64,000 nt of DNA from an uncultured delta proteobacterium (GCA_963826785.1 CAWGYD010000004.1:224001-288000); one strand, 5' to 3'. Shown: positions 20,938-31,401, counted from the first letter of the stretch. Numbers and translations: made by a program. The notes: generated from the letters alone by a model not told the origin.

Positions 20938-21619
20938 TCATGATCTCCAGCAGGGATGCATCCAGCTCGTTGCGGGAAAGCGACTGCCCCTGTTTCAAAT
21001 TGCGCCCATTGATCATGGTGGTGCGCACGGTGTGGTCATCGGCCGAAAATACCAGGATTTCATCGCAGAACCGGGCCACTTCAATGACATTGTGGGAAAT
21101 GTAGATAAAGTACCGATTCGGAAACATTTCCTTGATGGTCAGGATGATCCTTTCACGCGTGGCTTCATCGACATTGGCCAGGCTTTCGTCCATGATCAGA
21201 AGGTCACATTCCTGGAGCAGGTAGCGGATGAGGTTCACCCGGTTCTGCTGCCCCATGGAAAGACTGCCGAATCGTGATCCGATGCAGTCCGAGAGTCCGA
21301 ACACCTCCACCAGCTGTTCCTTTTTGGATCTCATGGAAGGGGCGATGACCCGGTCCAGGTGCCGCCCCACCCCGGACCAGCCGGGCAGCCGCTCCATGTT
21401 GTAGGAATAAAGCAGTTTGTTCATTCCGCCGGCGTCGATCGTACCCGATAACCCGGCCGCATCGCCGGTGATGATTCTGGCCAGCGTGGTCTTGCCCACC
21501 CCCGAAGGTCCGAAGAAGGAATGAAATCCGGGCGCTGAAAAGCGGCAGGAGATGCCCGCAAAAAGCGGATGTTCGGCTCCGGGGTACGTGAAGAAGATGT
21601 CTTTGCAAATCAGCGGCAT
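20927..21619 (-). CDS. ABC transporter ATP-binding protein
   Basis: GPSGVGKT, signature LSMGQ, LLIMDE, ISHN. Confidence 0.88.
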   Translation of the reverse strand: MPLICKDIFFTYPGAEHPLFAGISCRFSAPGFHSFFGPSGVGKTTLARIITGDAAGLSGTIDAGGMNKLLYSYNMERLPGWSGVGRHLDRVIAPSMRSKKEQLVEVFGLSDCIGSRFGSLSMGQQNRVNLIRYLLQECDLLIMDESLANVDEATRERIILTIKEMFPNRYFIYISHNVIEVARFCDEILVFSADDHTVRTTMINGRNLKQGQSLSRNELDASLLEIMNAA

Positions 21620-21836
21620 GATCCCACCTGTGTTTTAAAAAAACTAAGCTTAACTTCAGGGACGAATAAGATCAAGAGCGTGATTTATTCCGTTTAATCC
21701 AAAATACGGGTAAAGCGATTGACAGAGGTCTGTGGAGAAGATATCGTTTTTAGGACGATTTTTTTCAACTATCTGTGTTCATCCGGAAATGAGATAATTT
21801 GAACCTGACGCAGAAATTGATCGAATCTGCCACTAT

Positions 21837-22505
21837 ATGGATGGGGACTCCCGAATTTTAAGCGGAAATGATGCCATGAACGCGACACCTTCCTTTCATA
21901 TCACCATTGCCAGGCAGCTGGGAAGCGGCGGGGCGGAGCTGGGCCAGCGGATTGCCGGCCGGCTGGGAATGGCCTACCTGGACCGGCAGATTCTTCAAAA
22001 TGCCGCAAGCGAACTGGGGATGAGCGAGGCCGAACTGGCCCACCGGGAAGAGCGCATTCAGCGCTTCTGGGTGAGGATGATGGAAGCGTTTTCCATCGGC
22101 TGCCCGGAGTACATGCTGGAAACGCCGCCGCTCAAGATGATTTCGGATGAGAAGCTCATCGAGGCCGAACAGCGGGTCCTGCTTCGGCTGTGTTCCCGGG
22201 GCCCCTGCGTGATCGTCGGCCGCTGCGGATTTTTTGTGCTGAAAAGCAGTGCGCGCCTGGTAAACATCTTCGTCCACGCACCGCGGTCATTTCGGGTGGA
22301 GCGGATCATGAAGTTCTACGGCGCCAAAAGCCGGGAAGCCGCGGGAAAAATCATCGACAAAACCGACCGGGACCGGGAACGGTACGTGGAAAAACTCACC
22401 GAGGGCTCCTGGTACGATGCCCGCAATTATCATCTGGTGTTCGATATGGAAAAAATCGGATTCGATGCGGCCGTGGAAACAGTGGCCAAAGTGACTGCCG
22501 GATAA
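21837..22505 (+). CDS. Cytidylate kinase-like family protein
   Basis: ITIARQLGSGG, CVIVGR, VHAP...R, NYHL. Confidence 0.85.
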   Translation: MDGDSRILSGNDAMNATPSFHITIARQLGSGGAELGQRIAGRLGMAYLDRQILQNAASELGMSEAELAHREERIQRFWVRMMEAFSIGCPEYMLETPPLKMISDEKLIEAEQRVLLRLCSRGPCVIVGRCGFFVLKSSARLVNIFVHAPRSFRVERIMKFYGAKSREAAGKIIDKTDRDRERYVEKLTEGSWYDARNYHLVFDMEKIGFDAAVETVAKVTAG

Positions 22506-22560
22506 TACATTCTCTTTTTTCTGGATTCGCCTCTTTCCCCATCCTTCGGGCCTTTTGTCC

Positions 22561-24129
22561 TCAATCCCCTTGCTTTTTCCCTGATTTTTGCGTCAGCAGA
22601 ATGGCGATCAGAAACGTGGAGCCGATCAGGGCAAAGATGAAGCAGTGCCGGAAGGTGTCGTGAAAGGCAAAATTCAAGGCCTGCAGCCCCTGCACCCGGC
22701 CCAGGAGCATGTGCGCCTTGGCGGAGGCGGCATCCGGGGCAAACAGGCCGGAAAGCTGCATGGCGGCCCCGTCCACGTAGCGCTTCACGTAATTGAAATT
22801 CTGCATGACGCCGATCCCCTCGAAATGGATGACCTGGCTTTTTTCCAGCGTATTGGTGGCAATGGCCGTCCCCAGTGATCCGCCCACGAAGCGCAGATAA
22901 TGCATCAGGCTCACCCCCTGGGCGGTCCGTTTCCCCAGGCTGCCGAGGGCCATGGCGGACAGCGGCGCAAAGAAACAGCCCAGACCGATGCCTAAAGGGA
23001 CGGTGATAATCGCTGCGCGCACCGAGGGGGTATAATAGTTGAGCGAGGGGATCAAAAACCAGCTGGTAAACAGGTAGAGCAGGCAGCTTCCCGCCAGGAT
23101 GCGCTGGGGGCCGAACTTGTCGCTCATGATGCCGGCCAGGGGGGAAAATACGGCGATAAAGATGGCAAAGGCCAGCATGTGCAGCCCGGTGTCAAAGGTC
23201 CCCAGCATTTTCAGATTTTCATAATACAGGGGCAGCAGGTAAAAAAGCTGGTAGATGGAAAGCCCCATCACGAAAAAATAGAACCCCATGGACAGGGTAT
23301 AGGTGCGGTTTTTGAAAATGCCGGGATCGATCAGCTTTTCCGAAGACAGGATCTCCGATATCAGGTAGAGCATCAGGGCCATGGCCGCACCGAAGGCCAG
23401 CAGCCCGATGGTGGTGGACTGGAACCAGCCCAGCTGCTGCCCCTTGGAAAGCAGGATCAGCAGGAAGACCGTAAAGGTGCCCATGAAAAAGTAGCTGATG
23501 AAATTAAATCTAAGCCGCATCTTGTGGGTGATCAGCAGGGGCAGAAACGAAGAGGCGGCCACGAAATTCAGCGCCCCCACCGGCAGGTTGATGTAAAAAA
23601 CCCAGCGCCAGCTCAGATGTTCGGTGATCCATCCGCCGATGGTGGGCCCCAGCGAAGGGGCGAAACTCACCCCCATGGCATAGATGCCCATGGCGATCCC
23701 CTGTTTTTTCGGTGGGTAAATCGAAAACAGGATGGTCTGTGCCGATGCCATGATAAAGGCTTCCCCCACCCCCTGGACCACCCTGAAGGCGATCATGTTG
23801 GACAGGGTCCCGGCCATGCCGCACATGGCGGAAGCAATGGTGAAGATGGCCATCCCGGTGATAAAAAGGCGCTTTAAGCCGATCACATGGCTTAAGTTGT
23901 GGGTGAGCAGCAGGGCCACGGCCGCAGATGTCATGTATGCCGTGATCACCCACTGGATGCCGTACAGATCAGTGGACAAAGGCCCGATCATCTTTGGAAT
24001 CACCACGTCCACAATGGTGGTGTCCAGAATGGCCATAAACGCTCCGGCCATGATGATCAGGGTGAGAAACGCCCGGTAGCCGGGCGTAATCGTTTCATAG
24101 AAGGGCTTTTCCAGGACCGGATCGTCCAT
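22561..24129 (-). CDS. DHA2-family MFS efflux permease (EmrB-like)
   Basis: FMAILDTTIVDV, WVITAY, APSLGPTIGGWIT, WRWVFYINLPVG. Confidence 0.93.
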   Translation of the reverse strand: MDDPVLEKPFYETITPGYRAFLTLIIMAGAFMAILDTTIVDVVIPKMIGPLSTDLYGIQWVITAYMTSAAVALLLTHNLSHVIGLKRLFITGMAIFTIASAMCGMAGTLSNMIAFRVVQGVGEAFIMASAQTILFSIYPPKKQGIAMGIYAMGVSFAPSLGPTIGGWITEHLSWRWVFYINLPVGALNFVAASSFLPLLITHKMRLRFNFISYFFMGTFTVFLLILLSKGQQLGWFQSTTIGLLAFGAAMALMLYLISEILSSEKLIDPGIFKNRTYTLSMGFYFFVMGLSIYQLFYLLPLYYENLKMLGTFDTGLHMLAFAIFIAVFSPLAGIMSDKFGPQRILAGSCLLYLFTSWFLIPSLNYYTPSVRAAIITVPLGIGLGCFFAPLSAMALGSLGKRTAQGVSLMHYLRFVGGSLGTAIATNTLEKSQVIHFEGIGVMQNFNYVKRYVDGAAMQLSGLFAPDAASAKAHMLLGRVQGLQALNFAFHDTFRHCFIFALIGSTFLIAILLTQKSGKKQGD

Positions 24130-25286
24130 TACGCCCCTTTCCGCCGGATTTCCACTTCTCCGCTCAGGCCCACCTGCAGCAGGCGGATGTCTCCATCCGT
24201 GATGTCGATGCGAACGGGAATGCGCTGGGCCACCTTGGTGAATTCACCCGCGGAGATATCCCGGGGGGCCAGGGCGAAGGTGGCGGCCGATGCCGGCATC
24301 ACCTGGTTGACCACGCCCTTGTATTCCTGATCGGGGTATGCGTCGATGCGGATGCTCACCGGGGCGCCCGGGATCACCCCGTTTAATTTGTTTTCCTCCA
24401 GCAGCGCCACCACGTAGAGGCGGTCCGGATCGAGCACCGCGTAGACGGCGCTTGCGGGCGAGACGATGTCGCCGATGCCGGCAAACTGTTTGGCGATCCG
24501 GCCGGTGATGGCGCTTTTCAAAACGCAGGCATCGATATTGCTTTCCGCGTTTTCCAGGGCGGCGCGAAGCCCCTTGATCGATTCGGTCAGCGATGCGATA
24601 TTTTTTTCCACCTCGCCGACCCGGGTGCGGTTGGTCTCGGCCAGGCGGACGGAAAGCCTGGCCGAGGAAATGGAAGCACCCAGCGCGGATGCATTTTCAA
24701 TGATCGATTTTTTTTCCGCCTCCCGGGTCAGCAGCTGGGTGCCGATGTCTTCGGCCTTATGCTTGGAAACGGCTTTTTGCGCATAGAGGGACTCGAACCG
24801 CTGACGGTCGCGCTTTAACTGCTCGATGATCGCCTGAATGCTTTCGGCCTGGGAATTCAACGCCTCTTTTTGTTTATCGAGCTGATCCACCTGGGCGTGG
24901 GCGATTTTCACGTTCAGGTCGACTTCATTCTTCAGGCGTTCAAGCAGCAGTTTCTGCTCCCCCAGTTTTTCGTTTGCCGATGCGATTTCAGCCTTCAGCC
25001 GCCGGGCATCCAGGCGGTACGGGGTGTCATCGATGGCCGCGACCACCTCGCCGGCCTGTACCGGGTCGCCCTCTGTTTTCGCCATTTTCATCACCCGGCC
25101 GCTGACCCGGTTGAAGCCCAGGGTCGCCAGTGAATCGGTCCGGACAAAAACCGCATCCGTCACCGCATACTGCATGCGGTGATGGACAAATCGCAACGCC
25201 AAAACAAATACCACGATAATGCCGATCACCAGAAGGCCGACCGCAACGGTTTTTCTCTTTTTGCCCGCGTTCGGGGGAGGATTCAT
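24129..25286 (-). CDS. HlyD/EmrA membrane fusion protein
   Basis: TM anchor, RVSGRV, coiled coil, GEFTKVAQRIPVRI. Confidence 0.92.
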   Translation of the reverse strand: MNPPPNAGKKRKTVAVGLLVIGIIVVFVLALRFVHHRMQYAVTDAVFVRTDSLATLGFNRVSGRVMKMAKTEGDPVQAGEVVAAIDDTPYRLDARRLKAEIASANEKLGEQKLLLERLKNEVDLNVKIAHAQVDQLDKQKEALNSQAESIQAIIEQLKRDRQRFESLYAQKAVSKHKAEDIGTQLLTREAEKKSIIENASALGASISSARLSVRLAETNRTRVGEVEKNIASLTESIKGLRAALENAESNIDACVLKSAITGRIAKQFAGIGDIVSPASAVYAVLDPDRLYVVALLEENKLNGVIPGAPVSIRIDAYPDQEYKGVVNQVMPASAATFALAPRDISAGEFTKVAQRIPVRIDITDGDIRLLQVGLSGEVEIRRKGA

Positions 25287-25288
25287 AT

Positions 25289-25918
25289 TTACAGATCTCC
25301 TTGCAACTTGTTTTTCGTCCTTTTCAGCCGCAGCCCGATTCCCTGGAGCAAAAGCCGCGTGATGTGGCCCGCCAGCACTTCGGGGGCGTCATGCTCCGGC
25401 CGGTAGCCCGGCAGCAGTTTTTTCAGCCCGGCCATCTGGTAGGGATGAACGGCGAGTGAAATGATCGACAGGGTCAGCAGAAACGGGTCGTACGAATCGT
25501 CGAGTTGGGTGCACAGATTGTAAACGCCGGTAAAGACATCCGTGAACACTTCCTGTGCCACCAGGCGCAGCCGCTTTTCATCCCCCTCCAGGATTTCCCG
25601 GTGAATGAGCCGGGTAAAAACGGGGTCCCGGCTCAACTGTTCGCAGAAACGGCAAATCAGCTGTCGGAGCCGCGCTGCGGGCGGCGCATCGATGGCCATG
25701 GCCTGCGTCGCCTGCTGCGCCCGATCGGCGAAGGCATGCTTCATGGCGGCAAGATAAAGCGCCTGTTTGCCGGAAAAATGATGATACAGCGATCCGGCCT
25801 TGATTCCCGCCCTTGCGGCGGCTTCCCGCATGGTGACCTGGGCGTACCCTTTTTCCGCGAAAAGGGGAATCACATCCGACAGGATCCGCTGTCTGCATTT
25901 GTCATTTTTGGGGCGCAT
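25289..25918 (-). CDS. TetR/AcrR-family regulator
   Basis: LFAEKGY...TMREAAARAGIKAGSLYHHFSGKQAL. Confidence 0.93.
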   Translation of the reverse strand: MRPKNDKCRQRILSDVIPLFAEKGYAQVTMREAAARAGIKAGSLYHHFSGKQALYLAAMKHAFADRAQQATQAMAIDAPPAARLRQLICRFCEQLSRDPVFTRLIHREILEGDEKRLRLVAQEVFTDVFTGVYNLCTQLDDSYDPFLLTLSIISLAVHPYQMAGLKKLLPGYRPEHDAPEVLAGHITRLLLQGIGLRLKRTKNKLQGDL

Positions 25919-25930
25919 GGGGGTAATCTC

Positions 25931-27325
25931 TCAGGGCCGCAGCAGGGACTTGATGTCCCAGCCAGACTTCTGCCTTTTTCCGGTTTGAATAAAAGCGGCT
26001 TCCGCCAGCCGGCCCACGGCGCGGTCCAGTTCGGCGGCGGCCATTCTGAATCCGTACAGCGCCCCGTAATAATTGGTCTCCGCCATTGTCAGATCGAGAC
26101 GGGCATCGATCACATCCAGAGAGGATGCGATGTTTTCCTTGTACTGCACATCGGTGATGCGAAAATTTTCTTTTGCCTGGTCAAGGGTCTGTTCCGCGGT
26201 GCGGATGTTTTCATCGGCCACTTTGAGATCGAGGAAAGCCTGTTTGACTTCCAGCCGCACATTGTCTTCAACGATGCGGATCTGCGCGGCCACTCCATCT
26301 TTTTCACGCTCCTGGCGCAGCACCCGGGCATGCCGCTTGCCCCAGGTCATCAGGTCCCACTGGGCGGTGACGGAAACGCCGGCATTGTGCGAGTTGCCGT
26401 AGTCGTTGTCGGAAGCCGCTGCATTCTGGCCGTCCTGCTCATAGGACCCGGCCATGAATACATCCGGATAATAGGCGCTTTTGGCCACGGACACGCCCAG
26501 TTCCGCCTGTTTCAACGCCAAGTGCAGGGCCTGCACCGCCGGACGGTTTTCGACGGCTTCGGCCATGAGGGGCGCCAGCTCGGACGGCACCGGCGGCAGC
26601 GCCTGGACTTCCTGGACCCGGGTTTTCGCGTCAATGGGAAGGCTGACCAGGGTGTTGAAGGTGGAAACGGCCATTTCCACCCGGCTTTTGGCCCGGGCGG
26701 CCGCCTGCCGGTTATTGGCGAGCGCCACCTGGGATTTCAACAGATCGTTGTAGGGGATCAGCCCCTGGTCGTAAAATTTTTGAGCGTCCTGCTCGTGTGC
26801 GGCCAGCTGGTCCACGGCCTCATCGGCCGTTTTCCGGAACTGCTCCGCCAGCAGGATTGAGTAATAGGCATTCTTGACCCCTTTTACCACCGACAGCACG
26901 GCCTGGCGTTCTTCCTCGGATTTGACATCTACCCCGAGCTTTTCCATCTCCAGGCGGCTGGTCAGGGCAAACCCGGTAAACAGCGGCTGGCGCAGGGTCA
27001 CGTCCCAATGGAACTGATTGACGTCGTTCATGTCAAACGGCTGATGATTGAACAGGATGTAGGGCGCATCCTTTAACCGGGTGTATTGATACGTTGCGGA
27101 AAGTGCCGGGAACAGATCGGCCCGGGCAATTTTTTCCGCCTGCTCCTGGGCGGCCAGCGCATCCCGGGCCTGCTGCAGCGCGCTGCTGCTTTTCAATGCC
27201 ATGGAGATGGCCTCATCTAACGTCAGGGGGGCAGTTGGCGGTTGACTCTGGGCGGATGCGGCAGCCGACAGGAAAAGCAGAAGGATGGAAGCCACCATTC
27301 GCCGGATTCCAAAATATTTTATCAT
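25931..27325 (-). CDS. TolC-family outer membrane efflux protein
   Basis: Signal peptide, LTLDEAI, two OEP repeats (LFPALS...QPLFTG; YYPDV...WDL). Confidence 0.92.
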   Translation of the reverse strand: MIKYFGIRRMVASILLLFLSAAASAQSQPPTAPLTLDEAISMALKSSSALQQARDALAAQEQAEKIARADLFPALSATYQYTRLKDAPYILFNHQPFDMNDVNQFHWDVTLRQPLFTGFALTSRLEMEKLGVDVKSEEERQAVLSVVKGVKNAYYSILLAEQFRKTADEAVDQLAAHEQDAQKFYDQGLIPYNDLLKSQVALANNRQAAARAKSRVEMAVSTFNTLVSLPIDAKTRVQEVQALPPVPSELAPLMAEAVENRPAVQALHLALKQAELGVSVAKSAYYPDVFMAGSYEQDGQNAAASDNDYGNSHNAGVSVTAQWDLMTWGKRHARVLRQEREKDGVAAQIRIVEDNVRLEVKQAFLDLKVADENIRTAEQTLDQAKENFRITDVQYKENIASSLDVIDARLDLTMAETNYYGALYGFRMAAAELDRAVGRLAEAAFIQTGKRQKSGWDIKSLLRP

Positions 27326-27391
27326 GGCAAAAAATCTTTCTGAAACAGGGGGGCAAACGGTGTTTAAGGAAATGCACTATTGTTTTGCGAG

Positions 27392-27559
27392 CAAACGTTC
27401 GTTTGGTTTATAAGTGCCCGGAGGCCTCTCTGTCAAGCGTTTTTTCAGCGGGCGCACAATGAAAGTGGATGAAGGATCAGGGTGTCAACCGATGATTTGA
27501 CCTGTACGAACGTTCGGTTGCGGCGAAGAATCCATGAACGCATATCAAATGAACGTTTG
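27392..27559. promoter_or_regulatory. Three related 14-bp palindromes, candidate TetR operators
   Basis: CAAACGTTCGTTTG (27392-27405), CGAACGTTCGGTTG (27507-27520), CAAATGAACGTTTG (27546-27559). Confidence 0.65.
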
Positions 27560-27645
27560 CAAAAATAATCGGTGTTGTTATCAATAGAATATGCGAAGAG
27601 AACGTATCTGCCCTTAAATGGATTATGGGGAGTCTGGTGGAGCAT

Positions 27646-29151
27646 ATGGGTAATTTTGCGGAATACGACCAATACGACGGCACGGGTTTGGCCGAACTGG
27701 TACGGCAGGGGCGCATTACCCGTGCGGAGCTTTGCGAGGAAGCCATAAGCCGTGCGGAGAAGATCAATCCGGGATTAAACGCCATCATCACGCCGCTGTA
27801 TGAGTTTGCCCGGCAGGAGGCGTTGCAGGTCGATACGGATGCACCGTTTTGCGGGGTCCCATTTTTACTCAAGGATGCCCATCACGCCTTAAAAGGTTAT
27901 GCCATGGGTTCCGGAAGCCGGGTGTGCAAAGGCAGGGCGTCCGATCATGATGCGGAGATTGTAAAGCGGTTCAAGGCCGCCGGACTGGTGATCATGGGGA
28001 AGACCAACACCCCGGAATTCAAGCTCGCCAGTGTCACCGAACCCGAGGCGTTCGGGCCGACGCGCAACCCCTGGGACACCCGGTATACACCCGGCGGCTC
28101 CAGCGGCGGGTCGGCTGCGGCCGTGGCCGCCCGCATCGTCCCCCTGGCGTCGGCAACGGACGAGGGGGGCTCCATCCGCATTCCCGCGTCCTGCTGCGGG
28201 GTATTCGGCCTTAAACCCAGCCGGGGACGAAACCCGGTGGGGCCGGATCTCAGCAATGACTGGGGCGGAATGTCCACCAGCCACGTGATCACCCGCAGCG
28301 TCCGGGATTCTGCAGCCGCACTCGATGCGGTTTCCGGTCCGGAGCCGGGCGGGCGCTGTTCCCCGCCCGGGCCGGAAGGGACTTTTCTCCATTCCCTGCA
28401 GACAGATCCCGAACCCCTGATCATTGGCTACCATATGCGGTCCGCATACGGCAGGCAGGTCCACCCGGAATGTGTAAAGGCGGTGGAGCAGACGTGCAGA
28501 CTTCTGGAAGAACTGGGGCACCGCGTGGAAGAGGTCGATCCCGGCTACAGCGAAGAAGCGGTGGCGCTTAACTGGCTCATCATCGTCGTTGGCCACCTGG
28601 CCGGGCAGGTGGAAACACTGGCAAAACTTCACGGCCGCCGGGCCGTCGAGCAGAATATCGAGTTGACTTCTTATGCTTTATACCGGCTCGGCCAGCGGAT
28701 CAGGGCTTTCGATTACATCAGGGCCAGGGAGCAATGGCAGGTGCTCAGGCGCATCATGGACCAGAAATTGGTACGCTATGATATGATCCTTTGTCCGACT
28801 ATGGGGCTGCCGCCGGTGCCCGTGGGTTCCCAGAAGCCGAAAAAAGCCGATGAGATCGCCATGAAAATCCTTGCCTCAGTTGCGGGCAAAGTCGTCATGG
28901 GCAGCCGGAAATTGACGTATTCCATCCTGGGGGAAATCTTGAACAACACCATGAAAAGGCAGATGCTTTATACCATGATCGCCAATGTCACCGGCCTGCC
29001 GGCCATGTCCGTGCCCTTGCACTGGACAGGTAACGGCCTTCCCTGCGGGGTTCAATTCATGGGGCGTTTCGGCGATGAGGCAGGCCTGTTGAAGCTGGCT
29101 GCCCAGTTGGAAAGCGCCCAGCCCTGGGCGGATCGGAAACCGGTGGTATAA
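27646..29151 (+). CDS. Amidase signature family enzyme
   Basis: GVPFLLKD, GKTNTPEF, PGGSSGGSAAAV, TDEGGSIRIPAS. Confidence 0.93.
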   Translation: MGNFAEYDQYDGTGLAELVRQGRITRAELCEEAISRAEKINPGLNAIITPLYEFARQEALQVDTDAPFCGVPFLLKDAHHALKGYAMGSGSRVCKGRASDHDAEIVKRFKAAGLVIMGKTNTPEFKLASVTEPEAFGPTRNPWDTRYTPGGSSGGSAAAVAARIVPLASATDEGGSIRIPASCCGVFGLKPSRGRNPVGPDLSNDWGGMSTSHVITRSVRDSAAALDAVSGPEPGGRCSPPGPEGTFLHSLQTDPEPLIIGYHMRSAYGRQVHPECVKAVEQTCRLLEELGHRVEEVDPGYSEEAVALNWLIIVVGHLAGQVETLAKLHGRRAVEQNIELTSYALYRLGQRIRAFDYIRAREQWQVLRRIMDQKLVRYDMILCPTMGLPPVPVGSQKPKKADEIAMKILASVAGKVVMGSRKLTYSILGEILNNTMKRQMLYTMIANVTGLPAMSVPLHWTGNGLPCGVQFMGRFGDEAGLLKLAAQLESAQPWADRKPVV

Positions 29152-29197
29152 TCTGGAAAAATGATCTGGAAAAATGATATGGAAAACAGACGGCCGT

Positions 29198-29914
29198 CTA
29201 CCACCTGATCTGGATCAGAAATCCCGTGCCGTGGGGCACCACCGAAACCTGCGTACCCCTGGAAGCCCTGCCGGAGACCATTCTCTGATAGGCTTCCCAA
29301 TCCTTTTCCGGCGCCGCCGGCTGGGTCAGGATAAACACTTCGCCCCCCAGCGTCCCGGTGAGCGCCGTGACGGCGCCCTGGCCGGTATCTCCGGCAATGG
29401 CGGTGGCGGCACCGGCCGCGGTGTTGAGAAGAAGGTTGGCCAGGTGCTTGGTCCAGTCATGGCGCTCGGCCGCCCGTTCGGCGGTGGCGTGAAAAAGATT
29501 TTCCGCCGCATGCAGCTTGGCCAGTTTTTCCTCCCGGGTGGATTGGGGAAGATCGCGGATGGGATCGGCGCCGTGACGCGCATGAAGCGGCCGGAAGACC
29601 AGGTCCGCCACCCCGATGGCCCCCAGGGTCGACTGGCCGATGTAGTTGACGCGATTATCCGTTTCGTCCGCATTGCTGGCCGCGATGGCGTTGCCCACCA
29701 GTGATCCGCCGTTAATGGCCATCCAGCTCCAGTACCAGACCTGGCCGTGGAATTTGTAGGAGTCCAGACGCTCTTCGATAAAGCCGATCCGCTGATCGAT
29801 GACTTCATCCGACAGGGCGGCATCATTTGATGCGCCGGTCATGACCGCAAACGAAGTCTGCGCCGCACTGAAACAAAAGATCAGGACCAGCAGTCCTGCC
29901 GCCAAATTTTTCAT
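29198..29914 (-). CDS. Hypothetical exported/membrane protein
   Basis: Sec signal (…QTSFA), Gly/Ala-rich hydrophobic segments, C-terminal GFLIQIRW. Confidence 0.7.
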   Translation of the reverse strand: MKNLAAGLLVLIFCFSAAQTSFAVMTGASNDAALSDEVIDQRIGFIEERLDSYKFHGQVWYWSWMAINGGSLVGNAIAASNADETDNRVNYIGQSTLGAIGVADLVFRPLHARHGADPIRDLPQSTREEKLAKLHAAENLFHATAERAAERHDWTKHLANLLLNTAAGAATAIAGDTGQGAVTALTGTLGGEVFILTQPAAPEKDWEAYQRMVSGRASRGTQVSVVPHGTGFLIQIRW

Positions 29915-30205
29915 ATATTCCCCCACAAAAGATTTTGCTGTACTTTGATTTCATTGCAGATCTGGAATAAAACAAACTTTAAAAAAAGAATGTTACACAA
30001 ATTGATGGGTGTCAAATGAGCGGCAAATCAGTTGTGTATTATTCATAAACGAAGCCTTGAAGGGCGTATGGACAAGAAATTTTTCGGGCAGCCCGGCACC
30101 GTATATTTCGATTTGTCAAATTCTACAGGTGTGGGTATAAATGATGCGAAGGATCGTTTTTAGTGTACTCTTTTCTATAACCGTCACCTGACAGGAGATC
30201 AAAAA

Positions 30206-30586
30206 ATGATAGCTGAAACCGCTTCATTGAGGACCGCGCGGCTGAAGGAAGAACTTTTGTCCTGCCGTTATGAGATCTGCATTGAACGGATGAAGTATTT
30301 CACCGAAGCGCATCGGCAGAATCCCCAGGCGCCTGAGGTGATCCGGAGAGCTGAAGGGGTGGCGCGAACGCTGCAGAAGATGACCATTTTTATCAGAGAG
30401 GATGAACTGCTGGTGGGAAACGAAACCGGGAAAAACCTGGGGGAGAAGGTTAATCTCGACCTGCAGCGATTTTATGAAGGGCTCGATAAGCGAGACACCT
30501 ATGCGGAAGGCTGGAAAATCATATCTGAAAAGAATCACTGGTATTCGGACGGGGAAGACTCGATGTCCCGGCGGGTGATCGGGTAG
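30206..30586 (+). pseudogene. N-terminal fragment of a glycyl-radical enzyme (PFL-like family)
   Basis: ICIER..YFTE, VIRRA, TIFIREDELLVGN; similarity ends after about 80 aa and the ORF runs into the convergent hslO. Confidence 0.72.
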
Positions 30587-31371
30587 GCTTTCTTGCAGTA
30601 TTCACAAACGACTTCCAGATCGTCTTGCCCCGGAAGAAAAAGGGCTTCATTGCTGGATCGGGCAAAAATTTTGAGATTTTCGATCATCTGCTCCTTTGAG
30701 CACCCGCACTTGAATTCGACGACTTTGTCGCCCAGGAATTTAAATCCATATTCTGCCATTTCTTGGGTGATCAGCGCTTTATCCGTCAGGGCCTTTTTAA
30801 AAATTTCCTGCAACGGCCCGCTGTACCGGGCAAAGGCTTCATCCAGGTCCGCGGGTTCCTCTTTTTCCATCAGGGGCAGCTGGTAGAGCATGAAGCTCTG
30901 GTCGCTGTCTTCGGAGATGAATATCCGGCTTTTGACCTGATACGATCGGGAAAGCATGAGGTTGATGATCTCGTTGACATCGGCCCCGTCGATTTCGATG
31001 ATGGACTGGTAGGGCATTTCGGAACTGGGCAGAAATTTGAGCATCCGCAGCTTCCCGTCGATGGTGTCCGGTGCATCATCTAAGGAATCCGAAAAGATCA
31101 TCCCCCGCATCAGCCCCATGTCATTCATTTCGATTTTGAGCCGGAAATAAGGGTCTTCCGAATCGATGTAGAAACAAAATGTTTCCCCCGGCTTTAAAAA
31201 TCCGAGCATGAGTTGGACGGACAGCACCATGGGCCGGAATATAGTGAATTCTGCCGGCCTCAGGTTCTGGGTCAGGACCAGGTCATAAATCAGCCGCTGG
31301 CCTTCCAGGAAGTAGAGGGCAAATCGCTTGTCCTTATCGATAAATGTATATAATCGGCTTTGTTTCAGCAT
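30535..31371 (-). CDS. hslO: Hsp33 redox-regulated chaperone
   Basis: YQSII, RSYQVKS, zinc motif CGCS...CEYC. Confidence 0.85.
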   Translation of the reverse strand: MLKQSRLYTFIDKDKRFALYFLEGQRLIYDLVLTQNLRPAEFTIFRPMVLSVQLMLGFLKPGETFCFYIDSEDPYFRLKIEMNDMGLMRGMIFSDSLDDAPDTIDGKLRMLKFLPSSEMPYQSIIEIDGADVNEIINLMLSRSYQVKSRIFISEDSDQSFMLYQLPLMEKEEPADLDEAFARYSGPLQEIFKKALTDKALITQEMAEYGFKFLGDKVVEFKCGCSKEQMIENLKIFARSSNEALFLPGQDDLEVVCEYCKKAYPITRRDIESSPSEYQ

Positions 31372-31401
31372 TTTGGTTCTCGCAGAAGAGTCTGTCTCAT
31401 A

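Noticed and set aside
21785..21830. TPP riboswitch-like words (TGAGA...GAACCTGA) near the NMT1/THI5 ABC operon
   Set aside because: Wrong strand for that operon, and the AATACC/GCG-AGGGA elements and closing stems are missing.
29151..29186. ATCTGGAAAAATG tandem repeat as a CRISPR or regulatory array
   Set aside because: Only two copies and a partial third, no spacers and no cas genes; simple slippage.
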